This document shows, one piece after another, positions 1 through 12,576 of a DNA stretch of 64,000 nucleotides (positions within the stretch are counted from its first letter, which is position 1; the number at the start of each line of letters is the position of its first letter). The notes under the pieces are model-generated. The model was not told the origin of the DNA. It searched no databases and saw only the letters and a program-made list of their open reading frames with translations. The stretch spans positions 18,352,001 through 18,416,000 of the forward strand of contig NC_086381.1 of the NCBI RefSeq assembly GCF_036588685.1, written 5' to 3'. A program made the translations under genes and the position numbers. The DNA comes from Mytilus trossulus. Lineage: Eukaryota.

Positions 1-430
1 ACCAGTCTATGACTTGCTAAGTACTGTAATATTTTCCTTTGACCTGAAGGCGGGAAATAAAATTCGATCTGGGTCTTTTTCACCACGCGGATAGGGAGGT
101 ACATATCTTGTTTATGATTCAAAAGATATTTTTTCCTTCAACTGAACTTTTCAAAAAGTTTCAGTCTATCTGTAAGTACTGTTACCTTGAATTTTGACCT
201 ACTGACTAAAATGTACAAGACTTTTCCTCCCAAGTGTCACACTGAAATTAAGTGTTTGTTGAAAGTTATTTTTATGGTTATCATAAGACCAAAGACGGCA
301 GACCAAAACAAAGTATTTGAGCAAATTCTACTGAATATTGGTACTGCAACGTCAGTCTTCAACCCTTAAATGACACCAACACCAAATGATGTGTTTTTCT
401 TAGCCAAGGAGAGTTTCCGTATTTAATCAT

Positions 431-775
431 ACCATTCGGTGGTTTCGTGAAAGCGTGTTCGCGCCGAGTGTGAGGGGTCGTGGGTGCGAATCCCATTTTG
501 GTCAAACCAAAGACTTTGCGTTTTCTCTGCTAAGCACACGGCATTAAGGACTAAGAGCAAAGACTGGTGCACAAGGATTCAGAATAACTTGTCAAGGTAT
601 TGTGACATGTTTGCTTGTGGACAGTCCGACTGTTACCTTGTCAACAAGCAAAACCTTATCAGTTTGTCGGTCTTGTACACATTAGGGTAATAAGTAGTTG
701 CCAAACATGCTCTCGTTCTGAAATAATATTTAATTTGCCGCTGGACGATAAGCAGCCATCAATCATAATCACTAT
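431..775 (+). mobile_element. Degenerate tRNA-derived SINE with V-domain-like core
   Basis: Degenerate A/B boxes (ggtgcgaatccc), followed by ggtcaaaccaaagact...ctgctaagcacacggcattaagga..agagcaaagactgg, which resembles the V-SINE core of bivalves; short repetitive tail. Confidence 0.6.
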
Positions 776-1075
776 CCAACTAAAACAAATAGGAACGCAG
801 ACCACTACCTTTATCCAATAAAAAAGTACCTTGGTGTATGATGATGTTCACAGAGTACAAAATTGCGAAAGGGTGGACATAATTTATAAGTTGGTTAATT
901 TTTAATATCTCAAAAGGTTTTATACTAAAGTTTAACACCGACTAAGTTCTTTCTTAAAATAATCTATAGTCACTTATAATATAGCGCTCCTTTTTACGGC
1001 AGTGCCTCACATATACATTTAATCACGTGATTTGAAACCTACGGTGTACTTGATTATACAGGTGGACGTTACAGG

Positions 1076-1078
1076 ATG
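1076..1078 (+). CDS. ZP gene exon 1 coding part (ATG only)
   Basis: caggATG|gtaagt, a perfect donor; phase 0 fits exon 2. Confidence 0.65.
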
Positions 1079-4000
1079 GTAAGTACATGAAGTTTATGGT
1101 GAAGTAATAAATGCGTGTAGTATTTCCAATTATAAATATCATTTAATCAAATTGTATATTTTGTAAATGGTCAATAAATGAGCAGATTTTTTTTTCAATA
1201 CATGCTATGAATAATGCACACGTCAAGTAATAGATGGATATAAGAAGATGTGGTATGAGTGCCAATGAGACGACTCTACATCCAAGTCACAATTTGTAAA
1301 AGTCAACCAATATAGGTCAAAATACGGTCTTTAACATGGAGCGTTGGCTCACACCAAACAGTAAGCTACAAAGGACCACAATTATGAATCTCTTTTAACA
1401 AATAGTAGTGTATTGCCAAATCCTAACAAAATCGAGTTTGTATTATACGGATTTATAATGCAGTCATTAACGTAAATGAACACATCCACCAAAACCATAA
1501 TTATTCAAGAGTTGTCACTGACTCAGACGCACTTACAAATATAATTATTTTCTGTGTCTGTATCTTGCATTAATTTGTAGGATCCTTTACTTTAGATAAT
1601 TGAGCTGATCTGTAACAATAACATCTCCATGCCTTATATATCATGTACTGTAGTACGACCGACGCTAGATTAAAACTGACGAGGAAAGGTAACACATGAC
1701 CACTGAAAGCTTTATTATTGTGAAGCCCAGGAGGTCGTGTGGTCTAGCGGGACGGCTACAGTGCAGGCGATTTGGTGTCACAATATCTCAGTAGCAGGGG
1801 TTCGAATCCCGGTGAGGGAAGAACAAAAAAAATGCGAAAGCAAATTTACAAATCTAACATTGTTGGGTTGATGTTTAGACGAGTTGTATATATATATACA
1901 AATCTAAATTGAAAACTACGTTCAAACTATGATTGCGTTGGATAAAAACCGCAATTTTTATACGTGGACATGTAAAACAATTTGTGTTGTAAAAGGGTCT
2001 AAATACAGCACAAACAAAATGTCCCAAAAGACCAAAAAGTGAAAAGGTATATTTTAACAAAACGCATTTGACTAACAGGTCGAACAACTGATTTCTTTAA
2101 CTCTGTTGACTGCCATTGGCGATTGCCAAATAAAATTAATCACAAGATGTAACATAAAGATTATAATTTCTGATATTGTATAGATCTGTATAAAATGTAT
2201 ACATATTATTTGTAACCTTTAAACCTAATACTGAAGTGAAAAATTTTCAATTTTGTATTTTAGCTCTTTTGGACTTTATCGGACAAATGAACACATTTGT
2301 ATTATTTAATTTCAGCCCTTCACAACTCTGATTTGTGTCCTGTTTGTCTTCTTCATCAAGTCACAGGTATGTAGAATAATAAACAAGCAAGTTGAAAATC
2401 AGGTTCAGCGCGTCGGATCTAGGAGAATAAAAGGATCCTATTTATATTACTTTATGACATACATGTTATACGTTATTTGCCACTGAACGTTAAACAGAAA
2501 TTAATTCATGTGACAATTCATTCATTTTGAATAATTTCTTGGTATTTTGAATTGTAGTTCTGACTTATTCCTATTGTTCAAGACAAAGTCTATATGGTAT
2601 GTATGCAACAAATCTTCCTTATCGTTCAAAATTATCTTCTATTCGTTACAGATAGAAAGTCTACCCCAGGGCATTGTAGTCGATTGTAAGTTGATTTTAT
2701 CAAATATATTTACCTTTCACCTCCCTATTTTTTTTCATGTCAAACTCATTTAGAAAATTGTCTACATTTCAAACCAATCTATAGGAAATCGCTAAATGTC
2801 AAACTCGAGTATAAACAATTATTTAACTGTCAAACCCAAATATAGACCGTCATCTACATGTCAAGCCAGTCTGTAGACAATCGTCTCCATGTCAAACCAG
2901 AGTATAATCAATCGTATACTTATCAAACCCGAGCGCAGGACAAATCTGTCAATCGTCTACAATTTAAACCCAAGTATAGAAAATCGTCTACATGTCAAAC
3001 CAGAGTATGACGATCGTTTACATGTAAAACAAGACTATAAACAATTGCATCATGCAAAACCTAAGGATAGACAACAAATCTCGTGCCATACCCGAAACCG
3101 TCTATATATTAAACCAGAGTATAACCAAATGTCTTATGGAAAACCATAGTCAAGAAAGTTATCTCCTTTTGAACTTGAAAACTGACAATCGTCTGCATGT
3201 TAAACTTGAGTATAAACAATCGCCTTAACTCACACACCGAACCTATAGACAATTCCTTTCCCATACGTCACACTTGAGTAAAGTCAATCGTCTACATGTT
3301 AAACTCGAATATAGACAATTATCGTCTATATTTTAAGTTCAAGTTGAGTATTCCATCTGTTTAAGAAGATCAGACGAGAAAAAAACAGCTTGGTATATTA
3401 GAGACAAAAATGATTTACTTTAGAAAGCATCATAATCTTTGCTTTAAGGAAAAGGGAAAATGGTGTATAACTGAAACCTAAAAAAACAAAGGAGATCAAA
3501 AAAGGTACCATATATACTTATTTCCTTTTTTTTTTAAAGAATGTTTAAACCCCATTTGCAGTATCCGTTTTGCACTGAACATGCTTTATTTGAAGAAGTT
3601 CGCTGCTCTGTGTCTAAAATACTAGCTTTGTCAAAGACTTAAATGGTGAATTGATAGTACATATGTTATATTTCCTATTTTGCGAATTCGGAATTTCAAA
3701 ATATAAAATCAATAATTTAGATTAAAGTGCCAGCTTGGTTGACAAGACAAAATTGAGTGACAAATTAAAATGTTGTGGTCAGTTATGAAATTATGTAACG
3801 GGAATTTTCATTGGTAAAACGAAGGAAACCTGGGATCTCTAAGCACGTGAGCAACGACCTTTTTAAGCTAGTGTTTTGGGCTATTCGTCAGTTGCCATGA
3901 GATCTCAGTTGTAATAAAATATAGTTATTTTGGAATTCTTCGTTTTTACCAGGTAATTCATATTTAATATTTTAAAGCATTCTTTTTATGAAAATTACAT

Positions 4001-7000
4001 TTCACATTTACTTTTAATTAAGTTTTATTTATTTAGTTCAATTTATTTAAAATGAGCGTTTTTAGTTTATTACATTACGATTAAATAGATGATTTTTTAA
4101 GTGAAATATACAGTAAACATAAATTCCGTAAATGTTATTTATTTCATTAATTTTCATTATTACATGCAAATTTGTTTACAGGAGATTTGTGAATTCGACA
4201 CATAATTTATTCGTAGTAAAGTTTAATTCTGTTATTTGGTTATATTTAATATTCAACGAAGTTTAGAGAAATCTTTGTTTGTCACTTTGATTTACCTTGA
4301 CAACGCAACAGAACACAAAGAAACTATTTGTTGTTATATGTATATTGAAATCGTACCGATGCAGGATTTATCTCCAGAACAGAAATATTTGCGTATTACG
4401 TAATAGCAAGAAACATTTAATATATTACAGCTTGACATTATCTTTGTATGATGAACTATAAATATTGTGAAATATATTGTATGCATTTATTTGAAATTGT
4501 ATTATAGAGTTGCCATGAGATCTCAGTTGTAATAAAATATAGTTATTTTGGAATTCTTCGTTTTTACCAGGCCAGCTAAAGTCCAGACGACATAGGCTGA
4601 AAGTCAAGTACGACACATAAATAACTGAACTAAAATAAAGAAAGAAAGTGAAATGTTCCTGTCTTTATTTTTGAAATATGAGCCATTGATTTTTTTTTAA
4701 AGATTCTCTATTAAAGAAACATTGGCATCTGTTTTTTTTTTCTCCAAAAGCTGTAATTTTAATCAAAACTTAGGAATACGTGTGAATTAAATCTTTACAA
4801 AATGCCCTACACGCACTTGAACAGCAAAACTGAGGAACAGGGCTCACATTGCTTTTCTTTCTACAAATGCCAGATAAAAGCAAGCACATTATGCTATAAC
4901 AAATTTGAAAGACAATATTGTGTTTTCATCTGATTCTGAAATAGTTCGGAAATCCCCAAAATATATCTTTATCTTTTCATATCTGTCCTTAAGCTGCTTT
5001 TGAAAATTATAGGACCAAACATACCAATAAAACATTCTACGTAAGTTGGGAAATAGTGAAAAAGGGCCACTACAGTACAATATTCAAGGTTGTTTTTGTT
5101 ATTTTTGTTTCGCCTTGTCCTTGCTTTTATTAACGTTACATGACGAATGTATAATTTAACATGTATTTTCAACTATTTTATTCGTTATCTTTCGTCTTTA
5201 CTTCATGATAAATGATAGTGTAGTTGTGGAGAAAATATATAACATTTTCTGCAAACTATAATTGCAGTTGATATAGAGTGCGGAGAAAGTGTAAATGATA
5301 CAGCTAACATCACATTTCTGACCGACGTGGATTACATCACACCTGTGGCCTTATGTAATGGATCAGAAGTAATACTGACCCCTATTGATGATTTTCGATC
5401 AACAATCAATGCCAGCTACCCAGGAGGACAAGACGTCGGATGTATATTTTTGGTAATTTATTTATGCTAGAGGGATCAAATGGGAGATGTGAAGACTAAA
5501 ATCGACATAAAAGGCTACGTAAATTTATTTAGAAATTTTCATCTTATTTAAAGGACCATGTGTGCTTTTATTGGCTTTGTGAGTTCGTCATTCATCTGTT
5601 TCTTTCTAAAAAAAAATCTAAAAAAACAGATTGACACGAAAAGTAGAATTATTTGACGTGCTTGTTCCGTGACACATATATGTATAGTAGCAATACTCGG
5701 CAACAATTACCACATTTTAAACATACTAAACGCCGCTAGGTTGACCGGAGAATTTGCTAATCTTATATCTGTATATGTTACACTAAAACTAAGTCGAATT
5801 GGTTTTTATGTAAGCGTATCTATGTGTACTTATTACTCAATATTATATACTATAAGACTGTAAACGTGACCGTTACCTTTAGATTTGTAAATTCTGTAGA
5901 AAACTTAAGTCTGCATTATTCTTGCAATATATGAAAAAAAAATGTTAAAATATAATACTATCAATGCATTGGGCACGTCAAAAAACTGCAGTGCAGATTT
6001 ACTATTTTAAAGGGGTTATGCCCTTTGGAAATATCAATTATATAGAAAATAAAGTTTTATTTAACAACTTCATGCCTTCATTACTTGTAGAGTGTTATGA
6101 AATTTAGATCATAAGTGCATACGAGTAATGCTTTGACATGTTTGAAAATTAGTGATGATTAACTGTTTTTAAAAGAGTTATGCCCCCTGAAATACCAATT
6201 TATATATTTAGAAAATTGCAATTAAAACAAACTCAGATCTACATTATTTATATCAGTATTGTTATGGGATTTAGATCATACATTAAAATAAGCCATGTCT
6301 TGTGCGAGTTCAAAAAGCACTGTTGTCTATTGTTTTGACAGGAGATTTGTCTTTTTGGAATGTAATATAATTTATTGCATTGTATGCCCACCCACACCTC
6401 TATTTCTATTAACTATATTTATTACAAAAGTTTATAAATGAACATTGAAAATAACGATATATTGAAAATAGCAATGTTAGCGATCTCATGCCTATATTTT
6501 TTGAAAGACATTTATTAAAAGAAAACACTTTTTTTGTTTGAGTTATTGAATTTCAGCAGATCAATATGTACAACGCGAGGGACATGGAATACTGTTCTCT
6601 TATGTTGGGGTGTAAATGACGCGAGGGACATGGAATACTGTTCTCTTATGTTAGGGTGTAAATGACGCAAGGGACATGGAATACTGTTCTCTTATGTTAG
6701 GATGTAAATGACGCGAGGGACATGGAATACTGTTCTCTTATGTTAGGATGTAAATGACGCGAGGGACATGGAATACTGTTCTCTTATGTTGGGGTGTAAA
6801 TGACGCAAGGGACATGGAATACTGTTCTCTTATGTTGGGGTGTAAATGACGCAAGGGACATGGAATACTGTTCTCTTATGTTAGGATGTAAATGGCGCGA
6901 GGGACATGGAATACTGTTCTCTTATGTTAGGATGTAAATGGCGCGAGGGACATGGAATACTGTTCTCTTATGTTAGGATGTAAATGGCGCGAGGGACATG

Positions 7001-10000
7001 GAATACTGTTCTCCTATGTTAGGGTGTAAATAGCGCGAGGGACATGGAATACTGTTCTCTTATGTTAGGGTGTAAATGGCGCGAGGGACATGGAATACTG
7101 TTCTCTTATGTTAGGGTGTAAATGGCGCGAGGGACATGGGATACTGTTCTCTTATGTTAGGGTGTAAATGGCGCGAGGGACATGGAATACTGTTCTCTTA
7201 TGTTGGGTGTAAATGGCGCGAGAGACATGGAATACTGTTCTCTTATGTTAGGGTGTAAATGGCGCGAGGGACATGGAATACTGTTCTCTTATGTTAGGGT
7301 GTAAATGGCGCGAGGGACATGGAATACTGTTCTCTTATGTTGGGTGTAAATGGCGCGAGGGACATGGAATACTGTTCTCTTATGTTGGGTGTAAATGGCG
7401 CGAGGGACATGGAATACTGTTCTCTTATGTTGGGTGTAAATGGCGCGTGGGACATGGAATACTGTTCTCTTATGTTAGGGTGTAAATGGTGCGAGGGACA
7501 TGGAATACTGTTCTCTTATGTTGGGTGTAAATGGCGCGAGGGACATGGAATACTGTTCTCTTATGTTAGGGTGTAAATGGCGCGAGGGACATGGAATACT
7601 GTTCTCTTATGTTGGGGTGTAAATGGCGCGAGGGACATGGAATACTGTTCTCTTATGTTGGGGTGTAAATGGCGCGAGGGACATGGAATACTTTTCTCTT
7701 ATGTTAGGGTGGAAATGGCGCGAGGGACATGGAATACTGTTCTTTTATGTTAGGGTGGAAATGGCGCGAGGGACATGGAATACTGTTCTCTTATGTTAGG
7801 GTGGAAATGGCGCGAGGGACATGGAATACTGTTCTCTTATGTTAGGGTGTAAATGGCGCGAGGGACATGGAATACTGTTCTCTTATGTTAGGGTGTAAAT
7901 GGCGCGAGGGACATGGAATACTGTTCTCTTATGTTAGGGTGTAAATGGCGCGAGGGACATGGAATACTGTTCTCTTATGTTAGGATGTAAATGGCGCGAG
8001 GGACATGGAATACTGTTCTCTTATGTTAGGATGTAAATGGCGCGAGGGACATGGAATACTGTTCTCTTATGCTGTTCTCTTATGTTAGGGTGGAAATGCG
8101 CGAGGGACATGGAATACTGTTCTCTTATGTTAGGGTGGAAATGGCGCGAGGGACATGGAATACTGTTCTCTTATGTTAGGGTGTAAATGGCGCGAGGGAC
8201 ATGGAATACTGTTCTCTTATGTTAGGGTGTAAATGGCGCGAGGGACATGGAATACTGTTCTCTTATGTTAGGGTGTAAATGGCGCGAGGGACATGGAATA
8301 CTGTTCTCTTATGTTGGGTGTAAATGGCGCGAGGGACATGGAATACTGTTCTCTTATGTTGGGTGTAAATGGCGCGAGGGACATGGAATACTGTTCTCTT
8401 ATGTTGGGTGTAAATGGCGCGAGGGACATGGAATACTGTTCTCTTATGTTGGGTGTAAATGGCGCGAGGGACATTGAATACTGTTCTCTTATGTTAGGGT
8501 GTAAATGGCGCGAGGGACATGGAATACTGTTCTCTTATGTTGGGGTGTAAATGGCGCGAGGGACATGGAATACTGTTCTCTTATGTTGGGTGTAAATGGC
8601 GCGAGGGACATTGAATACTGTTCTCTTATGTTAGGGTGTAAATGGCGCGAGGGACATGGAATACTGTTCTCTTATGTTGGGGTGTAAATGGCTGGAAAAA
8701 TAAAACAGATAAAAACAACCCTGACATAGTTATTAAATCGATGCAATAATTGTCTTAAACATACAATAGTAACAAGATGAGTTGGTTTTTTTTTTATCAG
8801 AGAACTTACGGACCTGGAATAGATGTCTACAGCGTGAACATTGAAGTCGCTCACAACGTAAATGGTTCTCTTATTCAAAATGCTGACGATGTCTATTCTT
8901 TAACATGTTCGTTTGGAGATGAAATAGATGGACATGCTAATGCAAGGAAAATCGATGACAGGTATCATACTTCAATACCGTTTCTCTGTGAGGTCTAACA
9001 AATATACGAAAGATTATTAAATGAATATAAAATCCGATAACGTATGGTTTTGATTCAATACACCTAGAGGGAAATACACAAATTTGTAATCACTCATTTA
9101 ACCAACATCAGATCTAAACAAAAAGGGGGACCAACAGAAACAGGCAAAAAAATAGGTAGACACACATCATTAAATAATGTACTTAGGTTAATTAAAAAAA
9201 ACTGTTCATTGTGAGAGATTTTGTTCGACTTGCAAATATCTAGCTTATAATTTTACACCTCTTGAAACAAGACTTGACGGTCATTCTTTTGAAAACATTA
9301 CCTTTTAAATAATCTTTAAAAAAAAACCTAATACAATGTACCTATGATATAAAGTGCCTACAAACCTCTGTTTCAGTCACTTTCCTCCTAAAGCTTTAAC
9401 TGATATAAAATCAACAAACATAAGTACTAATTTGACACTTGATGTCGTCGACTACAGTGGAGTGTCATTAACAGGGAAATTAATACCACTCGGAAAAACT
9501 ATCCGGCTAAAAGGTGAAATATCAGGTAAGTGTATAGCATATTTTGAATCAGTTTGACAATCGGCAATCTGTAGGTGAATAAGCTCTTAATAACCGACAA
9601 TGTGTGGGTCAACAAGCTCGATAATTGGCAATCTGCGGGTAAATAAGCTCGTTAATCGGCAATATTTGGGCGAATAAGCTCCAAAATGGGCAATCTATAA
9701 GGTAAATAAGCTCGTTAGCTTAAACATATTTATTTATAGTGGATTGTGAAACAAGTTTTGCAACTTACTAGTATATTAATTAAAACCCTTTTCACTTTGC
9801 GGGTGCGAGTGCTGCCTTGTAGTGGCATAAGCCTGCTCTTTTTCGAAATCTACAAGGTTGTCTTTAACATGCAAGATATATGGCTCTCTCTGAACACGGT
9901 TCAGCCATTTTTTGTCCCCTTCTGACGGACTATCATTATTTCCTCAAGACCATACTGGCAAATGGTTTCAAGGGAGAGCCGAAAATTCAGTCCCTGAATT

Positions 10001-11824
10001 TTCAACCCGTAATGGTAATCGAACCTTTGTGATTGACAATCTGTGGGTGATTAAGCTCGTTAATCGGCTATCTGCGGGTGAATAAGTTCCTTTCTTCTAT
10101 TCGTTAGATGTAAACTCTTAAAATGTATCTTAAATTCTAAGATAACACTGGTTTGTGTTGATTTCAGCTACAAGTAACGAGACTGCCTTTAGAGCTTTCA
10201 GCTGCCAAGCTATATCATACGATGGAATTGAGACTTTAAACATTTTAATAGGCGGGTGAGTTAAATCTTACGAATGCATTTGAGAGTTATGGAAAAAAAT
10301 CAGTACGAAATAGTAAAACAAACAATTGGATAAAACTATAGTTTTGATGTCGTTAAACTCATATCTATATACGATCACTCGAGTTGAAATAGATCAGAAT
10401 TTTAATCAGATTGCCAAACAAATGACAAGATAAATTGATACATGTAATTTGTTTAAAAAAAAGTGTACAACAACACCAAAATTATCCCTATAACATGATG
10501 AATTAAAAATTACACAATGTTGAAAATACGAATATGGGACAACATGACAACGGTACTTGACACAAAAAAAAACACCGCCATTAAGTATAGGCCATCTAGA
10601 GGGTTTTAAACCACAGAGAAGATCATGCAATACCCATTTGAAAAATTCTATATTACCAGAATCTAGAACTCTGAATAAAACAAAGACTTTCAAAGTTCAG
10701 ACATCATGCCGAATTCCTGTAAATGACAAAATTGTAAAGACAACCGTTTACGAAGTTCTGGAGAAACGTATACACGTGTGTGTGTGTGTGTGGGTGGGTG
10801 GGTGGGATGGGTTGTTAAACTAGCCAGTTCATTATTTATTAAACTTGACAGCGTGCATGAAACCGTTGCAGAATGTTTATGTCCAGTGACGATCATGGTA
10901 TGCTCATTGTGAACTGATTAAAATTGTAGATGCGGCGATGGGCTCATTTTCAAGAAGACTAATGGTTTTACAACAACAGGAAGTGTTACTTTCAGTCCAT
11001 TTTTTAAAGCTTTCAGAATGCGAGGAAATCCGTATATAAAATTCCAGTGTCAGTTTACTGCTTGTCAGCAAGATGGTGGATGTAATGGGGTTTGTAGACT
11101 TGGACACTGATTTTTATGTTATAATTAAAAGTTGAAGGCAAATTTACTGGGTAAATTTAGAATGAATGCAATCTGATACTTTAGTCAATGATTTTAAATA
11201 AAACACGACGCAGTTGTATATATAATGGTTTATAATGATAACAGTAAATACATCGCCTGAAAGTGATCAAGACTGCCAGAGAAATCGAAACACAAAGATA
11301 TTTAATCATGAATATGTCATAGAGTACATATACAACCTACAGGCTCCTGATTTGGAACAGACGATTACATAATGTTGCGTGGTTAAACATGTTTATGAGC
11401 GATTAACCCTCACAAAAATCAAACTGTAAAAATCAGTAGCAATTGGATTGACTTAAAGGTACAAAAACAACATAAAAGAACGTAGGTCGAATCGGTGAAC
11501 ACAAACAGCTAGTGCGCCTTTAAGAACTTGAAAGAAAGCTGAAGATATTGCAATTATTATAAAAACTAAACTGAAATGTTTTGAGTCAAAGTTGTGCCTA
11601 GATATTTTTCTATGAAACAAACTACATCTTGGATTACAAAATAAGAATAACAAACCTATGTAACCGATTTTAATATTTTCTCTTAATAGTAATCTTATAC
11701 AAGAACAATCATATTTTTATTATACCTTCTTGTTTGTTTGAATATTTAAATAATGTTTGAGAATGTACAGTTTTCTCTGTTTTACTTATTACAGAGTACC
11801 TGTTATAAAGACGTTCAAAGATGA
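1076..11824 (+). CDS. Spliced gene (9 coding exons) for a 286-aa secreted ZP-module protein, vitelline envelope ZP (VEZP/VERL C-terminal-like) family
   Basis: Exons 1076-1078, 2316-2366, 2652-2685, 5268-5452, 8801-8961, 9377-9525, 10168-10255, 10930-11089 and 11795-11824. All are GT-AG with consistent phases, total 861 nt. Hydrophobic N-terminus MPFTTLICVLFVFF. ZP-N-type C34/C59/C88/C127 and ZP-C-type C207/C225/C264/C269/C275/C280, with motif ILIGGCGDGLIFKKTNGFTT..SPFFKAF..KFQCQFTAC..C.G.TC typical of molluscan vitelline-envelope ZP proteins. AATAAA at 11846. Confidence 0.85.
1725..1885 (+). mobile_element. tRNA-derived SINE-like element
   Basis: A box tggtctagcgg (1740-1750), B box ggttcgaatccc (1799-1810); ends in a (TA)n tail. 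Confidence 0.55.
2316..2366 (+). CDS. ZP gene exon 2 (signal peptide)
   Basis: tttcag|PFTTLICVLFVFFIKSQ|gtatgt. Confidence 0.75.
2652..2685 (+). CDS. ZP gene exon 3
   Basis: ttacag|IESLPQGIVVD+T|gtaagt; supplies the phase 0->1 link. Confidence 0.75.
2770..3330. repeat. Degenerate ~30-bp minisatellite
   Basis: Recurrent aatcgtctacatgtcaaacc.gagtatagac units. Confidence 0.7.
5268..5452 (+). CDS. ZP gene exon 4 (ZP-N, first part)
   Basis: ttgcag|DIECGESVNDTANITFLTDVDYITPVALCNGSEVILTPIDDFRSTINASYPGGQDVGCIFL|gtaatt. Confidence 0.85.
6573..8690. repeat. 46-bp tandem satellite (~46 units) in ZP gene intron 4
   Basis: Unit cgcgagggacatggaatactgttctcttatgttagggtgtaaatgg, with 45-bp and point variants. 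Confidence 0.97.
8801..8961 (+). CDS. ZP gene exon 5 (ZP-N, second part)
   Basis: poly-T atcag|RTYGPGIDVYSVNIEVAHNVNGSLIQNADDVYSLTCSFGDEIDGHANARKIDD|gtatca; lies within ORF 8777-8998. Confidence 0.85.
9377..9525 (+). CDS. ZP gene exon 6 (linker/start of ZP-C)
   Basis: tttcag|HFPPKALTDIKSTNISTNLTLDVVDYSGVSLTGKLIPLGKTIRLKGEIS|gtaagt. Confidence 0.85.
9558..10087. repeat. ~30-bp minisatellite interrupted by a SINE
   Basis: aatcggcaatctg.gggtgaataagctcgtt units at 9558-9717 and 10034-10087. Confidence 0.75.
9718..10026 (-). mobile_element. tRNA-derived SINE (Meta-domain-like core), 5'-truncated at the B box
   Basis: Homologous along its length to 12170-12510. Confidence 0.75.
10168..10255 (+). 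CDS. ZP gene exon 7
   Basis: tttcag|ATSNETAFRAFSCQAISYDGIETLNILIGG|gtgagt. Confidence 0.85.
10930..11089 (+). CDS. ZP gene exon 8 (ZP-C core)
   Basis: ttgtag|CGDGLIFKKTNGFTTTGSVTFSPFFKAFRMRGNPYIKFQCQFTACQQDGGCNG|gtttgt. Confidence 0.85.
11795..11824 (+). CDS. ZP gene terminal exon
   Basis: ttacttattacag|STCYKDVQR*; supplies the last ZP-C cysteine; AATAAA 22 nt after the stop. Confidence 0.75.
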   Translation, partial: STCYKDVQR

Positions 11825-11845
11825 TCGGTGAATGGGATTGAAAAC

Positions 11846-11851
11846 AATAAA
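11846..11851 (+). promoter_or_regulatory. Polyadenylation signal of ZP gene
   Basis: AATAAA just downstream of the stop codon. Confidence 0.55.
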
Positions 11852-12169
11852 GTGTAATGGAAATTAATTTAGTCTTAAATATTAATCGTCCAGCCAGTCC
11901 ACTGTCATCATATATATATATATATATATAATATTGAAGCAACGTATTTTGTGTTCTCGGACCTTGGACTTCTTTGTGATAATTTATAGCAAACAGTTTA
12001 GAACTCAACTTTCTTTAATAACATTTAAATAGCTGTTCCTGAAATCCAGATCAAATACCAAATGCTTTTACTATTATATGACTTTATAAAGTACTACCAA
12101 TAAGTTTTGCATCCGTTCCCTGTATCGGGAGTCTTTGGACCATTTTTACATTTCCAATGCTTTAATATA

Positions 12170-12510
12170 GTTTAAACATATTTATTTAAATATTGGATTG
12201 GGAAACAAGTTTTGCAACTTATATTTATCCCTTTCCACTTTGCAGGTGCTAGTGCCTAGTGTAGCGGCATTAGTCTGCTTTTTTTTTTTTTAAATCTACA
12301 AGGGTGTCTTTTACGTGCAAGAGATACGGCTCTTAACATGGGTCAGCCAATTATCGTCCCCTTCCGACGGAATATCATCGTTTGACCTTACTTGCAAATG
12401 GTGTCAAGGGAAGGCCGAAAATTCAGTCCCTGAAATTTTCATCCCGGAACGGGAATCGAACCAGACATCGTTGTGTTAGTAGTCAGATTAACCACTACAC
12501 CATGGCTCTC
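12170..12510 (-). mobile_element. Near full-length tRNA-derived SINE (Meta-domain-like core)
   Basis: Minus-strand A box tggtgtagtgg (12492-12502) and B box ggttcgattcc (12452-12462); other copies at 9718-10026 and 27574-27660. Confidence 0.75.
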
Positions 12511-12576
12511 AATTTTTTGATACATTAAACATCCGGAATGTTCCTCAGTATTATCATCTTGTTTATTAGTGAGTGC

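Noticed and set aside
1725-1815. tRNA gene
   Set aside because: A and B boxes are present but there is no cloverleaf; it continues into a repeat body and tail, so it is a SINE head.
6557-6609. Possible alternative exon at the start of the satellite (ttcag|..GTTGGG|gtgtaa)
   Set aside because: Phases mimic exon 4, but the donor is weak and using it would delete three ZP-N cysteines.
6573-8690. CRISPR-like array or repetitive protein ORFs (MEYCSLMLG...)
   Set aside because: Head-to-tail units with no unique spacers, in a eukaryotic intron. The ORFs appear only where 45-bp variants keep the frame.
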